DNA from: an uncultured delta proteobacterium
GTDB taxonomy: Bacteria > Desulfobacterota > WTBG01 > CAIYCZ01
Length of the DNA stretch: 64,000 nt
Reading direction: 5' to 3'
NCBI GenBank assembly: GCA_963803975.1
Contig: CAWDOY010000042.1
Coordinates: 1 to 64,000, forward strand
This document shows positions 39,676 through 48,483 of this stretch, in pieces (the stretch's first letter is position 1; each line of letters starts with the position of its first letter). The position numbers were made by a program, and so were the translations under genes. The notes beneath the pieces were generated by a model that saw only the letters and a list, made by a program, of their open reading frames with translations, had not been told where the DNA came from and did not search any database.

Positions 39676-40941
39676 ATGAAAAAAGTGTTGATGAGCATGA
39701 TTGTTCTACTGTCATCGTGGTGTGTCAGCCTTGCACCAGGTGTTGCCGGCGAGATAACATTTCCGACCCGCAGCTATGAAGGTGAAGAGCTGGCAAAGGT
39801 GCGCGAGTGGGAAAAGACTTGGGCGGGCAAGAAAGTAGCAACTGAAAATGCTGATCAGGTCAAAGACTTTCTGCATGAGGCTGTATATAACACACTAAAA
39901 AATCCCAAGGGTTTCGGTGCAGAGTCGCTGTGGTTCAGTGTAGTGCCGTATCGGCCTTATACAATATCGTCGGGCATGATTGCCGCCACTAAAAAAAATG
40001 CGCCTCAAAGCAAGCTCGATAATGACGGCATGCTGGCGGGGTATGGCGATGTTGCCGGGATCCCCTTTCCACAGCCCAAAACAGGTCTTGAGATGGCCTG
40101 GAATTTTGACGGCAACTCCCATGGAGACAGTCACCAAGAGGAGAACATTGGTGATGTTGTTAATTGCCAGCAAAAAACCGAGCGTAGTGCAGGAATGCTT
40201 CGCTGGGAATTGTACTGGATCGGACGAGTAGATTCTGAGCCGCTTCCCCGCATTCCCGAAAAAGAAAATCAGCGGGGCATAGCACGTTCATGGTTTCAGC
40301 GTCACACGGCCCCGGTTGATTTTGCTGATAGCACAATGCTAGAGCTCAAATATCTGGACCATACAAAACAGGAAGATCTATGGGTTTACACAGTGATGTT
40401 CAGAAGGATCAGGCGTTATACAGCAAGCCAGCGGACCGACTCAATTGACGGGACCGACATGGTCTTTGACGATCAGGACGGATGGTACACGCATGTTACC
40501 CGTAACACCTACGACAGTAAAGGCAGGGCTGATCTTCTGGTTGCACGACATCAGGATGCCAAGCAGCTCCAGAGGGTCAAAGGCCAGGCATTCTGGAACG
40601 GTGTGCAGCGCGAACGGGTTAATCACTGGGTCGTTGAGGTAAAAAACAAGGAGAAGGGATATCTGTACATTAAGCAGATATGGTACCTGGACCCTGAGAC
40701 CTGGCAGATGAACTTCAAGGTAATGTACAATCGCAAGGGTGAGCTCTGGAAAATGTATGAACTGTTTTATGATGAGTATCCGACAGCCTGTGGTGAAAAA
40801 ACGTCATTGTTCAGCGCTGAGCATTCGGTCGATCTGATCCGCCATCACGGTAGCCCAAATATCCGTGAAGTGAAGAATGTGGGAGCATCTATACGCCCTG
40901 ATTATTTTCAGACTAAGAGCCTGAAGGACAAAAGTTATTAA
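39676..40941 (+). CDS. DUF1329-family periplasmic protein (LolA-like)
   Basis: GIPFPQPKTGLEMAWN, LWVY...RRIRR, RTD..DGTD and YNRKGELWK motifs. Confidence 0.85.
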   Translation: MKKVLMSMIVLLSSWCVSLAPGVAGEITFPTRSYEGEELAKVREWEKTWAGKKVATENADQVKDFLHEAVYNTLKNPKGFGAESLWFSVVPYRPYTISSGMIAATKKNAPQSKLDNDGMLAGYGDVAGIPFPQPKTGLEMAWNFDGNSHGDSHQEENIGDVVNCQQKTERSAGMLRWELYWIGRVDSEPLPRIPEKENQRGIARSWFQRHTAPVDFADSTMLELKYLDHTKQEDLWVYTVMFRRIRRYTASQRTDSIDGTDMVFDDQDGWYTHVTRNTYDSKGRADLLVARHQDAKQLQRVKGQAFWNGVQRERVNHWVVEVKNKEKGYLYIKQIWYLDPETWQMNFKVMYNRKGELWKMYELFYDEYPTACGEKTSLFSAEHSVDLIRHHGSPNIREVKNVGASIRPDYFQTKSLKDKSY

Positions 40942-40981
40942 GCAAGAAATGGGCAGCCATAGCTATTGTTGAGGGTTATAA

Positions 40982-42040
40982 ATGATGACAAGGATACAAA
41001 TAAAATTGGTTCTTATACCGGCTGTGCTGGTCATGGTTTTCGGTTGTGACAGGTTTGACCGTTCCAGGATACAGATGCCGGCTTTCAACTTTGTCACGAG
41101 AGAAAATCTGCATAGCATTGCCCGGGTTGATGCGCAGCATATCTGGGTGAGCGGTAATTACGGGACTATCCTGTGCAGTGCCGATGGCGGGAAGACATGG
41201 GAAAAGCAAAACAGCGGCATCGCTGAGGAACTGCTGGGCTGTATATCGTTTGTTAACCCTCAAGAGGGCTGGGCTGCCGGCGTCAGGGGAACAATTGTTC
41301 ATACAGCTGACGGAGGAAAAACCTGGGGGGTGCAGCCAAGCGGTATAGAGCAGGATATCCATGATCTTTTTTTCCTGGACGCTCACTATGGCTGGGCGGT
41401 CGGCGAGAGCGGGACGGTTTTGCATACAGATGACGGCGGCAAACACTGGAAGCGGCAACGAGAGCCGGAGGATAGATACTTTAATGATGTTTTTTTTGTT
41501 GATCGCAAAACCGGGTGGATCGTTGGTGAATTCGGGACCATCTTACATAGTGCTGATGGGGGTGCAACCTGGCAGCCACAAGAGTGTCCAGAGCTTGCTG
41601 CTCTTGTAAAAAATGCTGAATGGGACCGGCCGCTGCCCGCGTTGTACGGGACGTATTTTCCTGATAAGGACCGGGGCTGGATCGTCGGGATGGATGGTGT
41701 CATCATCAGGACGGAAAATGGGGGAAAGACCTGGGCCATGGTAAAGCCGGTTTCCGAAAAACCCCTGTACTCTATTGTAATGCACGGCGCAAAAGGATGG
41801 GCGGTGGGCAATGAGGGCGTTTATGTAATGACTGAGAATGGCGGGGACACCTGGTCAGTAAAAAATCAGGCGCTGAAAACCAAATTCTGGCTGCGCGCGG
41901 TGTCCTTTGGGGATGATAAGCGCGGGCTTATTGTTGGCGCCCAGGGCACCATTGCGCTAACTGATGACGGGGGCTTTTCCTGGAAGCTGATATCAGGCTA
42001 CAGCTACGATATGAAAGAATTCGGGCTGGCTGATTTCTAA
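40982..42040 (+). CDS. YCF48-like/BNR-repeat beta-propeller lipoprotein
   Basis: Lipobox VFGC; about 7 repeats of GW.VG..GTI.(H/R)T.DGG.TW. Confidence 0.9.
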   Translation: MMTRIQIKLVLIPAVLVMVFGCDRFDRSRIQMPAFNFVTRENLHSIARVDAQHIWVSGNYGTILCSADGGKTWEKQNSGIAEELLGCISFVNPQEGWAAGVRGTIVHTADGGKTWGVQPSGIEQDIHDLFFLDAHYGWAVGESGTVLHTDDGGKHWKRQREPEDRYFNDVFFVDRKTGWIVGEFGTILHSADGGATWQPQECPELAALVKNAEWDRPLPALYGTYFPDKDRGWIVGMDGVIIRTENGGKTWAMVKPVSEKPLYSIVMHGAKGWAVGNEGVYVMTENGGDTWSVKNQALKTKFWLRAVSFGDDKRGLIVGAQGTIALTDDGGFSWKLISGYSYDMKEFGLADF

Positions 42041-42192
42041 CAGGTTGTTGAAAAAGCAGTTTTCTCCCAGGCTGGTCAAAAACATCCGGATGCAAGGCGC
42101 GCGAAATCGTGAGGAATGAGGCGTACTTTATGGTACGTCGCAATGACGAGGGATGAGCGCAACGCAGCAGATGGGTGTTTTTCAACACCCTG
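42041..42192 (+). mobile_element. MITE copy with CTAA target-site duplication
   Basis: CTAA|CAGGTTGTTGAAAAA...TTTTTCAACACCCTG|CTAA; the left TAA is the stop codon of the YCF48 gene. Confidence 0.88.
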
Positions 42193-42229
42193 CTAAGGTT
42201 TATGTCCGTTATGTGGAAAGGAGCACATT

Positions 42230-44021
42230 ATGAACAGACGCACAGTCAATAACCTTCTCTGTATTATTCCCCTGGCTGCTGGTCTTCTGCTGGGTTCATT
42301 GTCTTGCAGGCCCGCCGGGAAAAAAATCGGCGTGCTGTATGTACTCCACGGAGGTATGAAGACCAATGGGCCCCAGTACCTGTGGGATGCCGTGGTGCAG
42401 CAGTTTTCTTATGAACACAACCATTCTATTTATAATTATGTTATCTGGGATCCTTCCCAGTGGCCAAATGTTTTGGATCGGAACACAACCGATTTTGCAA
42501 GGCGGTTTCTGATGATGTATGACTTTGGATATGAGCGCATGGGGGGCATCGATCCTTATCCGGACATCAGTGATAAGCAGCTGGCGCACTTGAAGACTGA
42601 ACTGGAAAACAACACGCGCGGCTTGAAATTTGAAGTGGACTGGGTTGGTTATTTAAGCGCAGACGATGTGGAGCATTACCCGTATCCCCGTTTTATTTAT
42701 AATATTCCCGATGAACAATACCGGGTATCCGCCCGCCAGCGGAGTGTCAAAATGTACCTACTGCGGGGAAGGAGAGCCGGACGGCCCCTGGGAGACTTGT
42801 GATCCTGAGCGCTACAACGCAGATGGACCTGTCGAGCGGCTGCTTAAAAAGGGGGTCACGAGTATCATTATGGTTGATATGACTACCAGCGGGGTTCGCT
42901 TTTCCAAAACTTTTGATGTGATCCAGATGACCAAGCTGGCTCTCAATAAATGGAACAATGAACACGGAACCTCTATCCCCCTGGTGTGGGTCAATGACCC
43001 CAATAATGTAATGGAGCGATCATATCCAACAAAACCCGAAGGATGGACACGCATCAAAAAAGCTCCTGAGGTAGACCCGCAGGTTCCCCTGGAAGGAAAT
43101 CCCAATCCAATTGCGGAAGATCCAATGCTCGCTCAATTGCACGCAGAAGGTATAGAAAAGGGCTTTTCCGATTCGGTTCCAGATAATGCTACCGGTGTCA
43201 TTCTGTTTAACCATGCTCTGCACGACTATAATGAGTATTTTGACCCTAAAATCGATGACACTCTTATCTTAAATAAAAATATTAAGGCCTTGCTTATTGA
43301 GCGGCACCCTGACATTGATCCCGACCGTATCATAGGAGCCTTTGGAGGGATCATGGAAGTAAATCCGGTACATGGCCGTGAGGAACGGACGCGGGAAATG
43401 CGCGGAGAAACCTATGGCTATGCATGGCTTTACGAGAGCGACAAGCAAATGCCTGGTGGAGAATGGGGCTACCGATACTGGGATGCTTTAGAATATTTAA
43501 AGAACTGTGGTGTTAAGCACATTGTTATTGGATTCCCGCAGATGATTACTGACAATAACTTAAACCTTATTGAAGTACCGCAGCAGATTGGCAAGGAGAT
43601 CGGTATCAAGACCTGGGCAAAATATGACCAGGGTGATTTTACTTTGTACCCGGAAGTCGGCCACCCCTTTGCAGATTACTGGGGAGTCTGGGTTGATACT
43701 GATTGCGGTGAAGCGGCGTGCTGCTTTGAAATGGGGGGATGCGCTGATGGCCGGCCATATCCGCCGCCACGGCAGACCCCGATTGATGCGCCGCGTGGGG
43801 ATTTGGACCCCTCCCTTGCCTTTGACCTGAGCGCCTACGGGCATCTGGGGTTTGATGAAACCGGGACCAGCGGACCTCCTGATCCTGAAAAACCAGTACA
43901 GGATCAGTACACCGGCACCTGGGATTTGTATAGACCGGCAAATGACGACCCCCGGCTGGGAGAGCTGCTGGCACGTCATGTATTAGATGCTGCTCTTAAA
44001 ACACTGCAACCGGAGAAGTAG
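42230..44021 (+). CDS. Lipoprotein with a class II chelatase (ferrochelatase/HemH-like) fold; frameshift ~42715
   Basis: Lipobox SLSC; KIGVLYVLHGG, LLKKGVTSIIMVD, GVILFNHAL and GVKHIVIGFPQMITDN..LIEV occur in the order of HemH GVLL.NLG / G....V.LP / LLFSAHG / G.K.V.V.P..F.SDHLETL.EI. Confidence 0.55.
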
Positions 44022-44054
44022 AAGAATACTATATAGAAAACCAAGGAGAGTCAT

Positions 44055-44762
44055 ATGAAAGCAATCCCCTATTATGAACGTATGCAGGAACATCTGGCAC
44101 CTTTTAATCTGTCCCCAATGAAAGAATATAACGGAGATGATATCACACAATTTGAAAACATTAAGACGGACATGATGACACAGCTTCTGCGGGCATATAA
44201 AGCTGACAAGTTAGACAAAATTGTCACGCTTACCACTGATATCATGGAAGGAAAAATTTTCGTTTATGGCACCACGATTGTTCCAACGGATGAATACCCA
44301 CTCCCCATCTTTACCTCTGAAATAGTTCAAGCGGTAAACCATCTCAGTTTACGGGTGGATTTTATCCCCCTGGCAGATTGTGCCCGTGACCTTGATTATA
44401 TGGAAAAATACATGATGCCCATGGAAGACCTGTGGAAACAACATAGAGATATTGAGGGATCCGGGATTGAGCGCTATACCTGGCAGCGGGTTATGCTTTC
44501 ACCTTTTTACACATATGGAAAATATAAATATACCATTGAAAATATTGAGGAAACGGCATTGCAAATTACTATTGACTATCTGAAGCTCTATATAAAACTC
44601 TGGTCCGAGGTTCAAAAGGCAGATCCCGGCTATATGAAGTTGCTTAATGAAAGAAAGAGCGTAATGCTGAATACCATGCTGGAGAATGACCCGGGTGAAG
44701 GGCCTCTAAAACAAGCCTTTGGCAAAGAGGCAGCCCACAAAATTCTGTCACTTCTTTTTTAA
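44055..44762 (+). CDS. Ferredoxin-dependent bilin reductase / red chlorophyll catabolite reductase (RCCR)-like protein
   Basis: P..EYPLPIFTSEIVQ...VDFIPLAD...DYMEKY, R.MLSP, YLKLY..LW and ENDPG...LKQAFGKE.A..I...LF match the recalled FDBR/RCCR pattern. Confidence 0.8.
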   Translation: MKAIPYYERMQEHLAPFNLSPMKEYNGDDITQFENIKTDMMTQLLRAYKADKLDKIVTLTTDIMEGKIFVYGTTIVPTDEYPLPIFTSEIVQAVNHLSLRVDFIPLADCARDLDYMEKYMMPMEDLWKQHRDIEGSGIERYTWQRVMLSPFYTYGKYKYTIENIEETALQITIDYLKLYIKLWSEVQKADPGYMKLLNERKSVMLNTMLENDPGEGPLKQAFGKEAAHKILSLLF

Positions 44763-44825
44763 ACAACCCAGACCGTGAAGACTATGCCCGGAGGTATATA
44801 GGGCAAGGCCTGAAAGGGACGTCAA

Positions 44826-45281
44826 ATGAAAAATTATTTTTTATTACTGTCTGTGGCACTTTTTCTTTATGCCGGCGCCGGCTTTGCTGGCGAACAACCC
44901 CCGGTACGCGGGGTAGTTGAAAAAACAGGTGTTGACCTCAAACAGCAGGTTGTAAGGATACGCGGATACGAAGGTGTTTCTCCCCTGAACCTTTTCATAG
45001 AGCCGGGTACGGTGGTTATTTGGCTCAACCAGTATCAGGGAAAGATAAAAATAACCTTCCCTTCAAAAAGGGTGACGCTGGCATGTAAGAGCCCGGTTAA
45101 TTTTTCGCTCAATAACCAGGGGTTCTTTGAATCAAACGCTGTCGAGTTTGGTGCGGTTGCCAGCCTTTGTTTTATTGAATGTGGATCATTTGACTATATT
45201 ATAGAGCGAGCGCCTGTTTCGTCCACGGCAAAATATGAAGGCTTCAGATTTGAAGGAAAGATTATTGTTAAGAAAAAATAG
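44826..45281 (+). CDS. Secreted cupredoxin-like protein (copper ligands not evident)
   Basis: Signal peptide; P.NL.IEPGTVVIWLN, CF..CGSFDY and C-terminal G.IIV pattern. Confidence 0.55.
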   Translation: MKNYFLLLSVALFLYAGAGFAGEQPPVRGVVEKTGVDLKQQVVRIRGYEGVSPLNLFIEPGTVVIWLNQYQGKIKITFPSKRVTLACKSPVNFSLNNQGFFESNAVEFGAVASLCFIECGSFDYIIERAPVSSTAKYEGFRFEGKIIVKKK

Positions 45282-45296
45282 CAGAAAGGGTTCTAT

Positions 45297-45836
45297 ATGG
45301 TAGTACATGAACTAACACCGGAAGAAAGAAATCAGATGGTGGAGAAGGCGCTGATAAGAATGAAAATCAAGAGACAACATCTCTCCCGCGAAGAGCTGGA
45401 GAGGGCAATCATTGACTATCTCAGCAAAAAACAGCCTTGCAGTTTGGCAACCTGCGATAGGGACTGCACCCCCCGCATATCGGTAGTAGACTATGTCAAT
45501 GATGGTCTTACTATCTATATTCTCAGCGAAGGCGGGGATAAATTTAAAAACCTTAAAGAGAACAACAGGGTTGCCATTGGAATCGGTACCGGCTCGAAGG
45601 CTTTAAAAACAAGAGGTGTTAATATCTGGGGTATTGCCGAGGTTATTAGTGATGATATGCCCGAGTTTGCCCATGGTATAAAAATCTTACAACCTATACT
45701 GGATGACATGGCAGAGGTCTTGGGTTCACCTATTCAGATACCCAAGGGAATTCTCAGGCTGATCAAGGTTACGCCAACTAAAATAGTTTACCATCATACC
45801 ATGAAGGGGATTAAACATGCTGTTTGGGAAGCATAA
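45297..45836 (+). CDS. Pyridoxamine-5'-phosphate-oxidase-like split-barrel protein
   Basis: CSLATC...PRIS.V.Y, KFKNLKENNRVAI, GV.IWG.AE and LIKVTP motifs. Confidence 0.85.
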   Translation: MVVHELTPEERNQMVEKALIRMKIKRQHLSREELERAIIDYLSKKQPCSLATCDRDCTPRISVVDYVNDGLTIYILSEGGDKFKNLKENNRVAIGIGTGSKALKTRGVNIWGIAEVISDDMPEFAHGIKILQPILDDMAEVLGSPIQIPKGILRLIKVTPTKIVYHHTMKGIKHAVWEA

Positions 45837-45878
45837 TAGTAATAAGGTTTAGTTAGGCAGTGCCGAAAGACTGTCGCT

Positions 45879-45956
45879 GGTATTGCTGAAATTTCCCGGG
45901 AGGAACAGCAGGCACAGATTATTCAGGCGACCCTTGACTTGCTTGAGAAGCTTTAG
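45879..45956 (+). pseudogene. Short C-terminal remnant resembling an alpha/beta hydrolase
   Basis: GIAEISREEQQAQIIQATLDLLEKL*; ISREEQQ resembles the Abhydrolase_5-type C-terminus (recalled). Confidence 0.35.
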
Positions 45957-46057
45957 GTCAAAGCCGGCTTACAGCAAAACAAGGGAGATAGGTTTGACCT
46001 CGCGCAGCTCCACAGCTAAACGGTAACGTTTAAAATTATTTCAATGAAGGATCAGTC

Positions 46058-46918
46058 ATGGCAGATAAGTTCACTGAAGTGCGTATGGTCGATAACTTTT
46101 ACCAGACCTCCAGTTTTTTTCCTATGCCGGTTGTTCTTGTGAGCACCCTGGCAGAGTCAGGGCAAACCAATCTGGGGCCCTACTCACTCTGTTTTCCTCA
46201 CAATATCACCGGAGGAAAAGATCATGCCATGATGCTTATTGCCCGCGGCACAAGCAATACGGCCACGAATATAATCCGGACCAGGGTGTGTGCCCTTAAC
46301 TTTATCCCGCATAAAAAGAAATACATGAAAAACTGCGTCATGCTGGGGTATCCGGGCGAGACCACTGAGGAAAAGATGAAAAACAGTATTTTTACCCTGA
46401 TACCATCTACCCGGCATGAAACACAAAAATCCGCGCCCTATCCTGACATTGTAGAAGAAGCTGTTCAAGTTTTTGAATGTACCTGGGATGACAGCTATCC
46501 TTTAAAGCCGCGCGAGGATCTAGTAGAATCCCACTTTCTGCTGCGTATTGATAAGCTTGTCATGAAGGAGAAATGGAGAGATTGCCTGCTTAAGGGTAAA
46601 GGGTTTCCCAGTTTGCCGATTGATTATGGATACCGGGATAATGTGCGCTTCTGGTTTTCACGGCAATGGCGGCCCTATGCGGTCAACATCCCCAAAGAAA
46701 AAGGCAACAAAATTGAAACGGTAAGGTATGCCTGTGACCGATTTGACCCGGCTATCACCTGGGAAGATGCAGCCTGCGCAAAAATAGTGAAAGTGCCAAA
46801 CATATTTTTAAATAAAGTTATCAGTGGCGTGGTGAAAACAGCAAAAGAGCAGGGGATTACGGTGATTACCCCTGAGTTTATGGACAAAATCCGGGATAAG
46901 CGCTCAACTGAGAAATAG
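46058..46918 (+). CDS. Flavin-reductase-like (DIM6/NTAB) split barrel fused to a C-terminal PCP_red (BchB C-terminal-like) domain
   Basis: PMPVVLVST....TNLGPYS, SNTA.NI, P..VEEA...FEC; tail ITWEDAACAKIVKVPNIFLNKVISGVVKTAKEQGITVITPEFMDKIR. Confidence 0.75.
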   Translation: MADKFTEVRMVDNFYQTSSFFPMPVVLVSTLAESGQTNLGPYSLCFPHNITGGKDHAMMLIARGTSNTATNIIRTRVCALNFIPHKKKYMKNCVMLGYPGETTEEKMKNSIFTLIPSTRHETQKSAPYPDIVEEAVQVFECTWDDSYPLKPREDLVESHFLLRIDKLVMKEKWRDCLLKGKGFPSLPIDYGYRDNVRFWFSRQWRPYAVNIPKEKGNKIETVRYACDRFDPAITWEDAACAKIVKVPNIFLNKVISGVVKTAKEQGITVITPEFMDKIRDKRSTEK

Positions 46919-46925
46919 TGCAGCT

Positions 46926-47048
46926 GGCCGACTAGAAAGAAACTTCTAGAGATCGGGCTGTCTAATGTGGCAGAAGACCTCGCAAAAAAAGGAAAGCTTG
47001 GCAGCCGACTGCCCGGCAATTACAGAGCTGCTGGGGAAAAAGAGCTGA
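46926..47048 (+). pseudogene. Orphan second copy of the AOR-1 3' end
   Basis: WPTRKKLLEIGLSNVAEDLAKKGKLG..CPAITELLGKKS* versus LPTRKRLAEIGLSDVAEDLAKKGKLGERECPAITELLGKPAA*; 47010-47039 is identical to 28373-28402. Confidence 0.88.
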
Positions 47049-47081
47049 GCAGTTCATTGAGGTTATGGTGAATAGATGATC

Positions 47082-47121
47082 GGCAGCCCTGTCATGAATG
47101 GCGGGGCTGCCGGTTTTGTTT
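47082..47121 (+). terminator. Intrinsic terminator
   Basis: CGGCAGCCCTG/CGGGGCTGCCG stem followed by TTTTGTTT. Confidence 0.65.
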
Positions 47122-47338
47122 AGATATAAGAGGATGCAGGGGATATTTCATCCCCTTTTTTAGCAAGGGAATCTTTGAAACCATTGACCATAACAAAACC
47201 TTAAACTACATCGATTCGGCATAACCAATTTAATAAAATCATATTGTGGAATTACGGACAATTTTACAGGAAAATATTCATATAAAAACCTTGACGGGCA
47301 ACATGTTTGCTTATATTAGGTTGACAATAGTAGAATAA

Positions 47339-47359
47339 GCATAAAAGACAGTGTTGGGT
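47339..47359 (+). other. attI-like recombination point at the head of the cassette array
   Basis: GCATAAA-N7-GTTGGGT; GTTGGGTGGC is the exact reverse complement of GCCACCCAAC (48403-48412) at the end of cassette 1, and no attC hairpin precedes it. Confidence 0.55.
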
Positions 47360-47393
47360 GGCTGGTGCAGGCACACCATCGGAGGTAGATACG

Positions 47394-48398
47394 ATGGCGA
47401 TTTTCTTGAAAGCGAAAAACCACGACAAGCGAAGTTTAAGGGCAAGTCTCCGTACTTCTCCTTTGCGGCTCGTGCTGACGGAATTTATAAAAGCAAGCCT
47501 CGCCCATTCTGCCTGCCGCTTGACCATGCAGAAGAAAATCTGTTTCCTGAAATTCGCCAAACCGCCATAGCCCACTTTGCTGCACACAGCATCAAATGGC
47601 ATGATGGGCAAAACGGGAAGCCAAGTAATCACCTTTGCGACTCCCAAGTCTGCTGCGTCAATTTCCTTTTTCCATTTACTAATCTGCCTCACGCGTTGGC
47701 AGAAGTGTTGCGCCACCTTTCCCACCATTCGAGAAATGCTCCCAATAGAAAGCGGGCAATACGTCACCTTCGAGTGGATTGGCCAAGAAAATTACTTGGG
47801 CGAGAAAATCTCCCGCAATGGCAAACGCACACGCGGCGCGAATTTCACAGCGCGGATGCGGCGGTTATGTTTGAGCGAACAGACGGAAAGCGACAGATTG
47901 TTTTGATTGAGTGGAAGTATACCGAGTCATATGGCGGCACATCGCTGAAAATTGCTAAAAGCGGCACAGACCGCACGACCATTTATAAGGCACTCTTCAA
48001 ACGCGATGATTGTCCTATCAATAAAGAACTGTTACCCGACTTCGACTCGCTTTTCTATGAGCCGTTTTATCAGTTTGTGCGGCAACAGTTGTTTAGCCAA
48101 TGAAATGGAACGAGCGCAGGAATTGGGCGCAAATACGGTAAGCGTGCTTCATATCGCCCCTGCTCATAACACTGATTTTCGCAAAGTGACCTCACCCAAA
48201 TTAGCAAAACTTGGCGAGACAGCCACAGAAGTTTGGAAAAAACTGGTGCTGACTCGCGGTAGGTTTATTAGTGTAAATACCGAGCAACTATTCGGTAGCC
48301 TATCCGCCGAGCAATTTCCCGAACTGCATGTGTGGCTAGAATATATCGGCATGAGATATGCCTGGGTTCGAGAAGGCACGGCAACACTTCCAAAATAA
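47394..48398 (+). CDS. Cassette 1: PD-(D/E)xK putative restriction endonuclease (PGN_0703-like); several frameshifts
   Basis: NHLCDSQVCCVNFLFP; SADAA...LIEWKYTE; FYQFVRQQ.LA. Confidence 0.7.
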
Positions 48399-48405
48399 AG
48401 GCGCC

Positions 48406-48467
48406 ACCCAACACGGGGTTGCAGGCGACGGGGAAAACCGCCCCGCGCCTGAACCCGACCGTAAGCT
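48406..48467 (+). repeat. attC site 1
   Basis: ACCCAAC...CGGGGTTGCAGGCGACGGGG/CCCCGCGCCTGAACCCG...GTAAGCT imperfect palindrome with extrahelical bases. Confidence 0.85.
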
Positions 48468-48483
48468 CACTTTGGAGGCATCG

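Noticed and set aside
47049..47338. Integron integrase gene or a clear Pc promoter
   Set aside because: No tyrosine-recombinase ORF fits here; TTGACG and TTGACA hexamers are present but lack well-spaced -10 boxes
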